A stretch of DNA of 64,000 nt from Pachysolen tannophilus NRRL Y-2460 (lineage: Eukaryota), in the NCBI GenBank assembly GCA_001661245.1, contig KV454017.1, positions 899,903-963,902 of the forward strand. Reading direction: 5' to 3'. Within the stretch, counting starts at the first letter, position 1, and each line of letters begins with the position of its first letter. Shown piece by piece: positions 24,327-36,220 of the stretch. A model generated the notes under the pieces. The model did not search any database and had not been told where the DNA came from. It was given only the letters and a program-made list of their open reading frames with translations. A program made the position numbers and the translations under genes.

Positions 24327-24725
24327 ATGTCAAGTAATAGCGATAGGGAGATGTTACCTTCAGCGGATGATCAAGATGCGGCTGCTTTATTGATGTTATT
24401 TCAAAGTCAACTGCCAAGAAGTCTGAGGCAACAAGTTGTGATACCCAATGAAGAGCAACAACCAATGAATGATTTTAATCAACATCAAATACACAGAATT
24501 CAAACAAATATCGATAATGTGAATCATAGTTATTCTATAACATTGTCTGGTAATTCAAAAACACCTTTTTCTCCAAAAGAAACTTCAGAGAGAAGTACTC
24601 AAATTGTTCCTTCTGTTGTTCAAACACAATCTTCTTTACCTCAATCACACCACCGACAGACAGCATCGGGTTCTTCCTCTTCATCATCAAGTTCCTCGTC
24701 TGCATCGTCTTTAACCTCAGCATCA

Positions 24726-24756
<31 letters not shown>

Positions 24757-27700
24757 GCAGTAGCAGCAGTAATGCTAATCATTCGAGATCCAATTCAGGC
24801 AACAACAACAATAATAACAACAACAACAATAATAATTTTTCTACATCTCCTGGCCCAGCTGCTGCTGCTTTGGCTGCTGGTAACAACAGAGACTCTAGGA
24901 ATCAGAGCAGTAATATCAAAGCTATGGTTGCAGCAGCAGCTCTAGCAGCAGCAGCAGCAACACCTTTGCCATTGTTGAATCACAACAATAATATCAACAG
25001 CAACAACAACAACATTAATAATAATAATACTAATAATATTGAAATTGCTGAAGATGATTTGAAATTAAAAGAGAAAAATATATTACAGGGGCTAATCAAG
25101 GAATTGGCATCTGATGCTCCAAAGGCTAAAGTACAAGAAAAAGAAAAAGAAGAAGAAAAAAATGATGATAATGTGGTGATGGAAACGAATGATCATGCTT
25201 CCCTGGAACTTGGAAAACCTGATGAGCCAAACAATGAAACTGAAATAAAAATCGATACAGAAATTCAAGTTGAAAAAAATGATGGTGAAGTTCAAGAAAA
25301 TGTGCCAGATATAGCACTTGATGAACATGCAACACTAAAAAAAGAACCAGACCATGCGGAAAGATTGGATACTAATGAAACAGATGTAGACAATAACAGT
25401 GATGCTGAAGGTGAAATTGAGGCTGAAAAATCAAAGACTCCAGACTTGGCTAATAAGGTTGTTGCAAAGGAAGAAGATGTAACAGAAAAAGAAAAAGAAA
25501 ATAAAACTGGAAAAAATGATTTGGAAAAAGAACAAGAAAACCAAGCTCTTGATTATGATAACAAAAGTAAAAGCCCCAGTAAAGATTCAGTGCTGGAGTC
25601 AGATAAAGAAGAAGACAAAAAGCAACAGCAACATCAGCAGCAGCAAATGGAACAGCAACAACCACAGCAGGATCAACAACAACGGAAGGAAGATGATGAG
25701 GATGTGGTGGTCCAGGAGGAAGTTCAAGCTGAAACAGAACATGACCCACAGGAGAAAGAAACTAATTCAGGAAATGAAAAGCCAATTGATACTTCGTATT
25801 ATGTTGATGCAGATGCAGGTGTTATAGGGTGCGTATGTGGGTATGATATAGATGATGGATACACAATTCAATGTGATAGATGTTTCAGATGGCAGCACAC
25901 CGTATGCATGGAGATAGATAATGACGATGTTCCTGATGATTATTTATGTTATTTATGTGATAAGACAAGAAAAGTGGATGCAGATAGAGCAAGGGATATT
26001 CAAAAAGAGAATTTGAGACGTTTATCGAGAAGGAAACGTTCAGCTAATAATAGTAATAATATTAATGTTGTTGAGGACTCATCTACAATAAAAGATGAAG
26101 CGAATGTGAAAAGGAGATCATCCAGTGTAGCCAATGACACCGATAACATCGACTCTGTAGGAATGGATTCCAAGCAAGGTTCGTCTACTGGTAACAATGA
26201 ACAAAAAGATGCTCAAGGCCCAACTGGATCTTCTAGATTCAAGAAGCAGAAAACTAAAAAGGAAACTCCTGAAATTGATGAAGGTAATATTATACCAGAT
26301 GCATCGGAAACATATGAAGGTACTTATTTTTCAATCACTAAATTAGAGTTTAAAACTCAGAAAACAAAATCTATTTTTGATAAAGTTGTGGAAACTAGCC
26401 TTGATAAAAAGAATAATGTTAATCTATCAGCCATAACAGGGTATACTTCAAATGAGATAAATAAAAAACTTGATCAAATGAGGGTTAGTGTCAAATCGGT
26501 TCAAAAAGAACCTCTGAGCAATAAACTGGTTAGATTTGATGGTGTTACCAAATTAGGTTTATTTGTTGAGAATAATGCGAATGAAAACGATTTTTTGATA
26601 GAAGTTGTTGGTCAAGTTGAAACAAAACAAAAGTATATTAATGATTCTAAAAATCATTATAACGTTTGGGGTGTTGTTAAACCGAATGTTTTTTTTTAAA
26701 AGATTTACCATTTATTATAGATGGAAGGTATTCAGGAAATATTTCGAGATTTATTAGAAGGTCATGTAATCCAAATTGTGAAGTTCGGACTGCAATAGCA
26801 CAAAACGATTATTCAATAAGATTTATAATAAAGCCAGTCAAACCAATTAAGCAAGGTTCAGAGTTGACTATTCCATGGGAATGGGATGAACGTCATCCTC
26901 TTTATAATATCATTCATGGGAAGAGTTCATATGATGATCTTGATGCATCGCAGAAGCAAATTTTAATATTATCGATTGAAACTATATTAAATGGGTGTGA
27001 TTGTGCCTGTAAACCAGGTAGTAATGATGATTGTTATTTTGCCAAGGTAAAGAAATTAATTCATACTTTATATCGTTCCACAAGAAAGGCAAATGGCGTT
27101 TCTACCTATGGTAATAATTTGAGCAAATATTCGGATATTTATAGATCATTAGATGAAAGTTATCATGTTCCAATTAATGATAGATTAGATCAAAGATACT
27201 TGAAGTTATTGAATTCAATAGATTTTGCCAAAGAACGATCCATACTATTGGACGGAGATGAAAACACTGGGAATGGTATTGTCAATGGTAAGGATAGCAG
27301 TGAAGAACCTGATAAGAATATCAATAACAATAACATTAACGATAACAATATTAATAATGATAACAATAATAACAACAACAACAACAACAACAACAATGAT
27401 AATAATACGAATGGCATAATTGACAGAATGGCTGAAGAAAACGAGAGTATGTTTATTGTTAAAAATAGGAAATCCAAAGATTCTATATTGGACATTAAAC
27501 CTGAACTATTACCTTACAAGTATAGATTAGTCCAGAAAACACGTTTACAAGACTCTGAGAAAAGGGATACCAATAAGACCACCGAGGCTCCTTTAACAGC
27601 AGACCCTCTTGTATCGAAGGATGATCTACCTATCCCGATACTGATAGTGAAATCTGACAGCAGGCCCACCTTGTCTGTATCTCTGTCAGCTCCACCAATT

Positions 27701-27886
27701 TCAATGGTCACAGAAGGTTCGAAACTAAACATCTCTGACAACAAATTGATTTCACCTTCAAGTGCTTTGAACACTAACATCAAAAACGAAGTAGACAGAT
27801 CCTCGAGCTCCTCATCAATCATGCAATCCCCACCAATCAAGAAGAAGTTGAGTCTAAGAGACTACATGAAGAGCAAAAAGAAGTGA
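24327..27886 (+). CDS. SET3: PHD + SET domain protein (Set3/Set4 family) interrupted by a 1-nt frameshift at the T9 run 26689-26697
   Basis: PHD IGCVCGYDIDDGYTIQCDRCFRWQH; SET continues in the -1 frame (DLPFIIDGRYSGNISRFIRRSCNPNCEV...ELTIPWEWD); C-terminal KKKLSLRDY. Confidence 0.85.
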
Positions 27887-28157
27887 ACTTATTGAAGTTG
27901 AAGTTGAATTTGAGTTATATATATATAAAGAAAATTACCCAACTACTTAAATAGGAAATTACCGCATTAGGAAATGTATATAGATTTTTTTTTTTTTTTT
28001 TGGTTTTTTTTTTGGGTTTTTTAAACGCGGACAATTTTTTAAACAAAGAAACTGTTTGATTTGACTAAATATACAAGTAAAAGAAGTAGTTGATCTAGCT
28101 TAAGTGGAAGTATATTCAGTGGTTTTATATTCAATCCATTATATTGATTAGTCTAGA

Positions 28158-30149
28158 ATGTCATATGGGAGTAATAGGCGTGAGTAAAAAATTTATTTGT
28201 GTTTTTGTTAATGGTTAATTTTTATTTATTTTTTGTTTTTATATATTTTTACTAACGATTGTTTTTTTTTATTTTTTGTATTTTTTTTTTTAGCTATGAG
28301 ACCAAGAATTTATAATTATACTGTGAACTCTTTCCAGAGTCAGTATCAAACACCATCGAGACAATCCCATAGTTATCCTTCACAGCACCACCAGCCCCAA
28401 TATTATCAACCGTCGCAACTGCAGTTGGAAGAAGAGAGTACTGCGGTAATACCAAAACCAATTGTAGTACCTTCTTTACAAGAACAAGATCAAATTTTTT
28501 TAAATGTTTCTAATGTTTATCAACAATCACAGCAATTTAATTATCGTGGGGTATTAGGTGTAGGGAAGCAAGGTGCTGGTGTTAGGAAAAGAGTTGAGAT
28601 GGGGTTTCAATCTGGGTTGAAAGATGAAGTTAGTTATTCATTGAATACAATTGTTGAATTTAGTCATACAAACCCTCAACTTTTCAATTTAAAAGAAAAT
28701 CCATTTGTATTGTTTAATTTGGTTAAATATCTTGATTGTTCAGTAATAGAATATTTGAGTGATTCAACAATTAAGCTGGAAAATGATAATTTGAATTTTT
28801 CCTTAGATGCTGCTATAGCATTAAGAAATTTGTCTCAAATCATAGATAATGCTGCAATAATGTCTTTGGATCCTAGGTTAAAAGAAATATTAGTCAAGAT
28901 TATGACAAATGGTGATCGGATATCGGGCAACGTTATTGATGATAATCGCGAAGCTATTAAGGAGTTGTTGCGTTATACAGTAGATATTGTAGAAACTATA
29001 TCATCCTACATTGCTCCAGCTCCAATTGATGATCCATTATTTATAAGCTTAATTGGATTTTTACAAAAAACAAATGATAGGTATCTAATTATTTCATTGT
29101 TGAGATCTTTATCAAGGTTAATGGTAAGATCAGTTTCAAATAAACCTTCAGCTGCAGATAATATTTCATCAAAGCTTTTAGATCAAATTACTTCATATTT
29201 GCTCTTGTCAACAACTTCTTTAACTGCAATTCATGATTTAGGCTATGATGAGTTGATCTTGGCAACATTAGATTTCTTATATCAATATAGTTTACCAGGT
29301 GGTTCAAGAATTTCAAAATTGATTGAGTCTGATCAAAGATCATTATTGTTGAAAACAGTATTATTAAATTTATTGACTTATAATTTAACAAATATTCAAA
29401 CTGAATATAAAGATAGACTTAGAGGTAAGAAATTTTTAAAATTGATCAAAAGAATTAAGCCACCAGTTCCAATATCGCCACCTTTTTTGAAAGGAAATTT
29501 GTACAACGAAATTTATAAATTAGATGAACCACAAAGAGCAACAACTTGGATGAGATGTTGTTATCAATCTGTTGAAAATGGTGAAGTAACTCAAATTTCA
29601 TTATGGAAATCTTATGAATCACAGTTTACGACTATAGTGAATCCTTCTTTTGAACAACCTTTGAAAAAATTATTACCAGCCGTTGATTTTATTAAAAATG
29701 TTTGTAATGCTTTTCCTCACTCATCAGCAAAAGTTATTAATTTGCCAGATGGATCAAGAAAATTCATTATTAAGGGAATTCAACCAAGGCAACTCCCAGT
29801 CAGTATAGAAGTAGGAAACAAAGAATCGGCTGAAAAAACATCCACTGGCGATGGTGATGATGCTGGAAATGTTACTGATGAAGAAGATGCCGAGGAAGAA
29901 GATAATTTAAAAGGGGATTCAATAAGTGCTCAGCAAAAATTTTTCAAAATATTGAACTACGGGGCTAATAATAATATCAAATTAAATGAAATTAATTCCT
30001 CTTCAGCGTTATTATTAAATTGTTTAGCTAAAGACGAAGCAGGATGCGAATTATTGAAAGGTTATAAAAGTGAAATTTTAGATAAAGTTTTAATGGTACC
30101 ACCATTATTTAATCACGTTTTTGATAGCTTAGATTATTTAGACTATTGA
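28158..30149 (+). CDS. RSC9: RSC chromatin-remodelling subunit Rsc9 (RFX-type winged helix); intron 28180-28293
   Basis: ATG at 28158, GTGAGT..TACTAAC..TAG intron joins in frame; EPQRATTWMRCCY, TQISLWKSYE, LLPAVDFIKNV..AFP, RKFIIKGIQPR. Confidence 0.9.
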
Positions 30150-30360
30150 AAATTCACATTAAGATGGGGGAAACAAATAGATAATTGACTTCTTCTGAGT
30201 CTTTTTAAAAACAAATCTTTTTTCTTTTCTTTTATTTTCTTCTTTTTTTTTTTTTTTCTTTTTATTAAGAAAAAAAACCATTTCTCTAATTTAAAACTTC
30301 ATTATAATATTATATAACAAAAAAAAAAAAAACCAAAAAGAACTATAAAAGTTAATGAAA

Positions 30361-30822
30361 TCACAAATGAAGTTGCTGTTGTTGTAATTCTTGAACCCGA
30401 ATATTCAAAACCTGCTGTACTTTATTCAACAAATCATATTTCTCTTGGATTGTTTTGTTTAATTGCTCACTGTTTTCTTTCAATTTAGAAATTCTCTTGT
30501 TGTAAAATTCAACTGATTGTTCCAGATTTTTTTCAATGTAGTAACCGGTTCCAATATCAACCATAAACCTCTGACCATCTTTAACTTTTCCAGGAATATA
30601 TAATGAAGGCGACAATGGAACCAAAATCCCTTTATCCAGGAAACCGACATTAGACAATTGTTGTATGTTATTAATACATTCTTTGAATTTTTGACTTGCA
30701 GTACTTAAAGCTTGTAAAGAAGCATTGAAATGTTCTAATTCCGATTTTAAATTCTTTTGAAGTTCTATTAAATTTTCTGGTGGAAGACTAGTTAAATCAA
30801 TCTTCTTCATCTGTTGTGACAT
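30361..30822 (-). CDS. GIM5: Prefoldin alpha subunit 5
   Basis: ILVPLS.SLYIPGK...FMVDIGTGYYIEK motif; divergent from RAD10 as in S. cerevisiae. Confidence 0.93.
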   Translation of the reverse strand: MSQQMKKIDLTSLPPENLIELQKNLKSELEHFNASLQALSTASQKFKECINNIQQLSNVGFLDKGILVPLSPSLYIPGKVKDGQRFMVDIGTGYYIEKNLEQSVEFYNKRISKLKENSEQLNKTIQEKYDLLNKVQQVLNIRVQELQQQQLHL

Positions 30823-31010
30823 TGTCGTATATACTTTTTAATGATTTGATTTATATTTAAATAAATATATAGTTGAACTTTTTTCCATTTAAAAATCAAT
30901 TTTTTTCAATTTTTGCCTTCTGTTATTTACAAACTCACAATTTGATCTAATATTTAACGAAAAGACTAAAGTTCTTTATTAATGAATAAGATGACCGAGG
31001 GAAGTCAAAT

Positions 31011-32084
31011 ATGACTGAGAATAGTAATAATAACAATTTAAATAACAATAATGTTAATTTGGATGTAACGGATACAACATCTTTTAGCAAAATAATCCAA
31101 GGTGTTAAGAGATTAAGAGAGCAATCACAAGAGCAAGTATTGATCGATAATATTAATAAGAGTAAGCCTGTGACACATTACAATCAAGCTGGTACTACTA
31201 CAAGAGTGTATGGTGATTTGGGTGAAACTGTGATATCAGCATCTTCGCCATCTTCATCTTCTACTTCTTCCAAGACATATCATAGACCTGCAAGATTGAT
31301 ATCACCAAGAATTAATACCGGTGATCAATATTTGAAAAATGTTCAAATCAATAATTCACAAAAGGGGAATCCACTTTTAAAGAATTTGAAGATAGGTTAT
31401 GAGTTCAATGCAAATTTGAAGAATTGTGATTATTTGATAAACCCAAAAGTATTTGTATTATTTTTATCTTTAAAATATCATAAGTTACATCCAGAATATA
31501 TTTATAATAAAATTAGAAAATTTAATGGGAATAATTATCAAATTAATAACAATATGAAGGTTTTGTTATGTGTTGTTGATATTGAAAATAATAATGATAT
31601 AATAAGAGAATTAAATAAGATTTGTTTGTTAAATGATCTTTCATTGGTACTTGCTTGGTCTTTTGAAGAAGCCAGTAATTATTTAAATTATTTGAAACAA
31701 TTAGAAAATAATAATGAATATAAACAGATAAAGGGAACAAACACAAATAAAGATGATTATTATCAGATTCTAGCCAACACTTTGACCACTATAAGACAGA
31801 TAAATAAGACTGATACTATTAATTTAATATCAAAATATGGGTCTTTTAAAGATTTAATAAATTTATCCAATAGCGAAGACCTATTTGAAGTCCAAGGAAT
31901 GGGTAAAGTGAAAATTAACAAGTTTTTGAGTACAATTGATGAGAATTTTATTTTAAATAAAGATTATTCCAAAAATAAAATACCTGAAAGTAATAGTAAA
32001 AATGATAGCAATAATAACAATAATAATAATAGTGAATCAGCTACTAATGAATTTGATCAATTTCTTGAAGAGATTGATTTATAA
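31011..32084 (+). CDS. RAD10: ERCC1/Rad10 nucleotide excision repair endonuclease subunit
   Basis: SQKGNPLL, VLFLSLKYHKLHPEYIY, LAWSFEEA, C-terminal HhH (VQGMGKVK). Confidence 0.92.
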   Translation: MTENSNNNNLNNNNVNLDVTDTTSFSKIIQGVKRLREQSQEQVLIDNINKSKPVTHYNQAGTTTRVYGDLGETVISASSPSSSSTSSKTYHRPARLISPRINTGDQYLKNVQINNSQKGNPLLKNLKIGYEFNANLKNCDYLINPKVFVLFLSLKYHKLHPEYIYNKIRKFNGNNYQINNNMKVLLCVVDIENNNDIIRELNKICLLNDLSLVLAWSFEEASNYLNYLKQLENNNEYKQIKGTNTNKDDYYQILANTLTTIRQINKTDTINLISKYGSFKDLINLSNSEDLFEVQGMGKVKINKFLSTIDENFILNKDYSKNKIPESNSKNDSNNNNNNNSESATNEFDQFLEEIDL

Positions 32085-33401
32085 TTGGAAAAATGAATTT
32101 ACAGTTTTGTTGTTTGTCTTGATATTTAATTTTGGTTTTTTCTTTATATTTGATGATGTTGAAACAGATATAGGTGTAATTTCTGGTTTTCTTTTGATAT
32201 TTTTTTTGTATAATAAATAATAATAAGTCTTATTGGAATTTGGAAAATCAGTTGTATTTTTAGACCTTAATGACCATGCTTTATTTAATAAATAATTTAA
32301 ATGTTCATAATTATGATTGGAATTATTTTCAATTTCTGAATTAGAATTTATTATTTTATAATCCAAAAGGATTGTGGTGATTTGATCATTATTATCTTGA
32401 ATAAAATCTGGTCTTAAATCTCTATTTATTAGAAAAAATTTTAAACCATCTTGATATTTTAATAATTTTGAATTTGTAATAATTTTTTTCCAATTTTTTG
32501 GTATCATTTCATGTGGTAAATTAATAGAAGTTTCTATATAAAACAAATTATTATTATTTGAAATTGACATTATTTCAATTAAAGATTGTATAGAAATAGA
32601 TGTATTTTTTAAATATAAAATTTTTAAATTTTTCCATTTTTGTAATTTTAAATTAATAATCCAAGATTGTAATATTGAATCATCAATTTTAGTTAAATTA
32701 TTACCATTAAATGATACAATTTTTTCCAAATTTGTTAATTTTATTAAAAAATCTCTATCAATTGTATTATTCAATGAGGATATATCTAGTATTATCAAAT
32801 TATTATAATATTTGGATTTATTACTAAGATGATCAATTAAATTATTTGGATTTTTAAATAAAGTTTCAATTCTATGTTTATAATTTGAATTCATAACAAT
32901 TAAATTTTTTGATAAAAATAATTCTCGACTTGAATTTTTGGCAATAAAAGAAGATTTATAGTTCCTCTTATTAAAATAATGAGTTTTAAAATTATCTTCT
33001 TTATAAAAATTTGAACTGAAAATATCAAATAAATGAGGTGTATCTAATTCGTTAAACAATATCAATTTCCATACCATAGACCAAAACCCATTCCATCCTC
33101 CAACTGACAAATGACTTCTTTTCAACAAATGGCTATTCTTAACAATACGTAAAATGCACAATAACTTCAATGACTTGATTTTACCCATTTGAAATTTTGA
33201 AGAAATCGATTTGGGCACTCTAATGTCGCTGCTGCCCATACCATGGAAAGGTTTCACATACAAAAAATCATAAGACCCACCAAGAGTAAAATCACTAAAC
33301 GAAGCATCCACCAATTGCCCAATCCTTCGCACTCTAGTCAACTTATCCACAACCAATCCATCATCACCACCTTTAATACCCATTTTCTTTCTCACCCTCA
33401 T
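32079..33401 (-). CDS. Hypothetical protein with BC-box-like motif and degenerate leucine-rich repeats (start may be 33383)
   Basis: 440-codon ORF; IKSLKLLCILRI, LIILDIS, WKNLKILYLKNTSIS. Confidence 0.6.
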   Translation of the reverse strand: MRVRKKMGIKGGDDGLVVDKLTRVRRIGQLVDASFSDFTLGGSYDFLYVKPFHGMGSSDIRVPKSISSKFQMGKIKSLKLLCILRIVKNSHLLKRSHLSVGGWNGFWSMVWKLILFNELDTPHLFDIFSSNFYKEDNFKTHYFNKRNYKSSFIAKNSSRELFLSKNLIVMNSNYKHRIETLFKNPNNLIDHLSNKSKYYNNLIILDISSLNNTIDRDFLIKLTNLEKIVSFNGNNLTKIDDSILQSWIINLKLQKWKNLKILYLKNTSISIQSLIEIMSISNNNNLFYIETSINLPHEMIPKNWKKIITNSKLLKYQDGLKFFLINRDLRPDFIQDNNDQITTILLDYKIINSNSEIENNSNHNYEHLNYLLNKAWSLRSKNTTDFPNSNKTYYYLLYKKNIKRKPEITPISVSTSSNIKKKPKLNIKTNNKTVNSFFQL

Positions 33402-33961
33402 CTCCAGATCTATAAAATTTCCTCTTTAGGATAAATTGCACACGCAGTACACGAAAAAAACAAACAGCCACAGTTTTTCTTCTTTTTCTTTCTTATTGTT
33501 ATTGTTTCCCTATTGTTTCGGTAGATTAATACCCATTTCCGTACTTTAATGGGTATTAATGAAATTAATCAATTAAACAAAAAGAGATTAGTATTCAATA
33601 GATTTATCAGATACCATCTATCAGCTAAAAAATAAAAAATAAAAAATTTTTTTTATATACTAATATATTTTATTTTATTCTATTTATTTTATTTTATTTT
33701 TTAATTCGTTTTATTATTAGTTTTTTTCTTTTTCAAAATTTCCCGATCGGATCATAAAATTCTTTTGAAGAAAATTTTTGGAATTTATAATACCGCCCGT
33801 CGCCATTCTGTTCGCCATTCGGTAAGTTTAGCTTGTAAAAATTACCTAGTGATTAAATTAGTAACGGACATATATATGGATATTGGGGTGTAATAGATAA
33901 AGTGTATGTATGTCTATATCAATCTCTTTAATATTAATATATTATAAGTTGAGAGTGTAGG

Positions 33962-35554
33962 ATGTCTTTAATTCCGGCTAGTATTAGTTCATTTTCAGTT
34001 CCAAAATTATTTCACAAGACATGGGCAGGTACATTTATTTGTAAACCTCAGGTTTATTTTCAACCTGAAAATATAGAGCAAATTGTTGAATTAGTCAATG
34101 TTGCAAGAGAGAAGAAGAAGAGTTTAATGGTTGTTGGTTCTGGGCATTCACCTTCTGATATGACAATGACTGATGAATGGTTAGTTAATTTAGATAAATT
34201 TCAAAAAATTTTGGATATTAATGTTCAAGAATCAGGTAAATATACTGATGTTACAGTTGAAGCTGGAATTAGAATTTATCAATTGAATGATTTTTTACAA
34301 CAAAAAGGATTGGCTGTACAAAATTTAGGTTCAATTTCAGAACAATCTGTTGCTGGAATTATATCTACTGGTACTCATGGGGCTTCACCATTCCATGGTT
34401 TAGTTTCTCAACAAGTGGTTGATATAACTTTAGTTAATGGTAAAGGTGAATTGATTAAATGTTCTCCATTGATAAATCAAGAATTGTTTAGAGGTGCCAT
34501 GTTAAGTTTGGGGAAATTGGGTATGATTGTTAAAGTCACTTTAAGAACTGTTCCAAGATATCAAATTAAATCAACACAAGAAATTATTGAATTTCAAACT
34601 TTATTAAAAGTTTGGGATACTATTTGGACAGAAGATGAATTTATTAGAGTTTGGTGGTTTCCTTATACTAAAAGATGTGTTTTATGGAGAGCTTCTAAAT
34701 CTGAAGAACCTTTATCTAAACCTAGAACTTCTTGGTATGGTACTAGTTTAGGTAGATTTTTTTATGAATCTTTACTTTGGTTTGCTGTTCATATTTATTC
34801 AAGACTGACTCCATATATTGAAAGATTTGTATTTAGCAGACAATATGGGTTAGAAGAAACTTTAGGTTATGGTACTTCTGCAGTTGAAGAATCTGTTGAA
34901 GGTTTAAATATGGATTGTCTTTTTAGTCAATTTGTTAATGAATGGGCTGCTCCATTAACTAATGGTCCTGAAATCTTGAGATCTTTGGAACATTCCATCA
35001 ATTTAGCAGCAAGAAATGGAGATTTCTTTGTACATGCCCCAATTGAGGTTCGTTGCTCAAATACTACAACTTCAAATTCTTTAGAAAAACCTAATGTTTC
35101 ATCTAGGAAAATCACTTCCCCAGGACCAATATATGGTAACGATTTACGTCCATTATTAGACAATACACCAAGATTGAATTGGGTTCCACAAGAAAATGTT
35201 ACTAATTCTCAATTGACTTTATATATTAATGCCACAATGTATAGACCATTTGGTACTTCAGTTCCAATTGGTAAATGGTATCAGGTTTTCGAAGAAACTT
35301 TAGAAGCAGCTGGTGGTAAACCCCATTGGGCTAAAAATTTCATTGGTTCAGAAGCATATGCTGGTGGAATTTTAAAATCAAATTATAAAGATGGAGAAAT
35401 GAAAGGCTTTGCAGGAAAGATGGATGAATGGTTCGGAGATGATTTGAAAACTTTCAAAAGATTGAGAAGACAAAATGATCCAAATAACGTTTTCCTAAGT
35501 GGTAAAGACTGGGCCCTTCGTAATGGTATCATTGATGAAACTGATCTACAGTGA
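33962..35554 (+). CDS. ALO1: D-arabinono-1,4-lactone oxidase
   Basis: VGSGHSPSD (covalent FAD His), QNLGSISEQS.AG.ISTGTHG, HAPIEVR, GGKPHWAK. Confidence 0.95.
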   Translation: MSLIPASISSFSVPKLFHKTWAGTFICKPQVYFQPENIEQIVELVNVAREKKKSLMVVGSGHSPSDMTMTDEWLVNLDKFQKILDINVQESGKYTDVTVEAGIRIYQLNDFLQQKGLAVQNLGSISEQSVAGIISTGTHGASPFHGLVSQQVVDITLVNGKGELIKCSPLINQELFRGAMLSLGKLGMIVKVTLRTVPRYQIKSTQEIIEFQTLLKVWDTIWTEDEFIRVWWFPYTKRCVLWRASKSEEPLSKPRTSWYGTSLGRFFYESLLWFAVHIYSRLTPYIERFVFSRQYGLEETLGYGTSAVEESVEGLNMDCLFSQFVNEWAAPLTNGPEILRSLEHSINLAARNGDFFVHAPIEVRCSNTTTSNSLEKPNVSSRKITSPGPIYGNDLRPLLDNTPRLNWVPQENVTNSQLTLYINATMYRPFGTSVPIGKWYQVFEETLEAAGGKPHWAKNFIGSEAYAGGILKSNYKDGEMKGFAGKMDEWFGDDLKTFKRLRRQNDPNNVFLSGKDWALRNGIIDETDLQ

Positions 35555-36220
35555 TAATTATACAGTCTACAGCTACTACTACTAATTTGTTTGTGTGTGT
35601 TTTCTTTTTATTTTATTTTTTTTTCTACCAAAATTATTGCTTTTAAAGTGATTTGTTCCATGTTTCGCTTTATTTACTGAATCCCTTTCGGACTCCTTTC
35701 TGACTCTTTTTTTTTGACTCTTTTTTGACTTATTTGTTTAAATTCTCTTCTTGAATTGTACTTGTTTATATACAATATGTGTGATGCTACTTTTTTATGA
35801 TTTTTATTTTTTTGTTGTTGTTGTTGTTCTTCTTTTTTTTTACCCCTAGGGTATACAATATCCACAAAGCAGATCGGATTATATTTCTTAACACTTTATG
35901 TTTCTATTCCATTTAACCCTCTTTCTTTTGAAATGATTTCAAGTACTATTAGTTTTCAAATGAACAAGTTTACATTCAACTTCACCTAGTAAATCTATCT
36001 TCTCTCCGCCAAAAATCATCACCACCTTGAAAAGTAGTCTGTGAAAAATTAATATTTGAAGAAGTTGAAAAATTTTTGCACAAAAGGTAAAATGAATGTT
36101 GTTGTTGATATTATTATTATTATTAATTACTTATTTATTTAGTTACTTGTTCATTTGTTTTTCTCATAGAGCTTGTTGGATCAAGAAGGAGGGAATTGTT
36201 GAAGTTGAATATATTGGATA

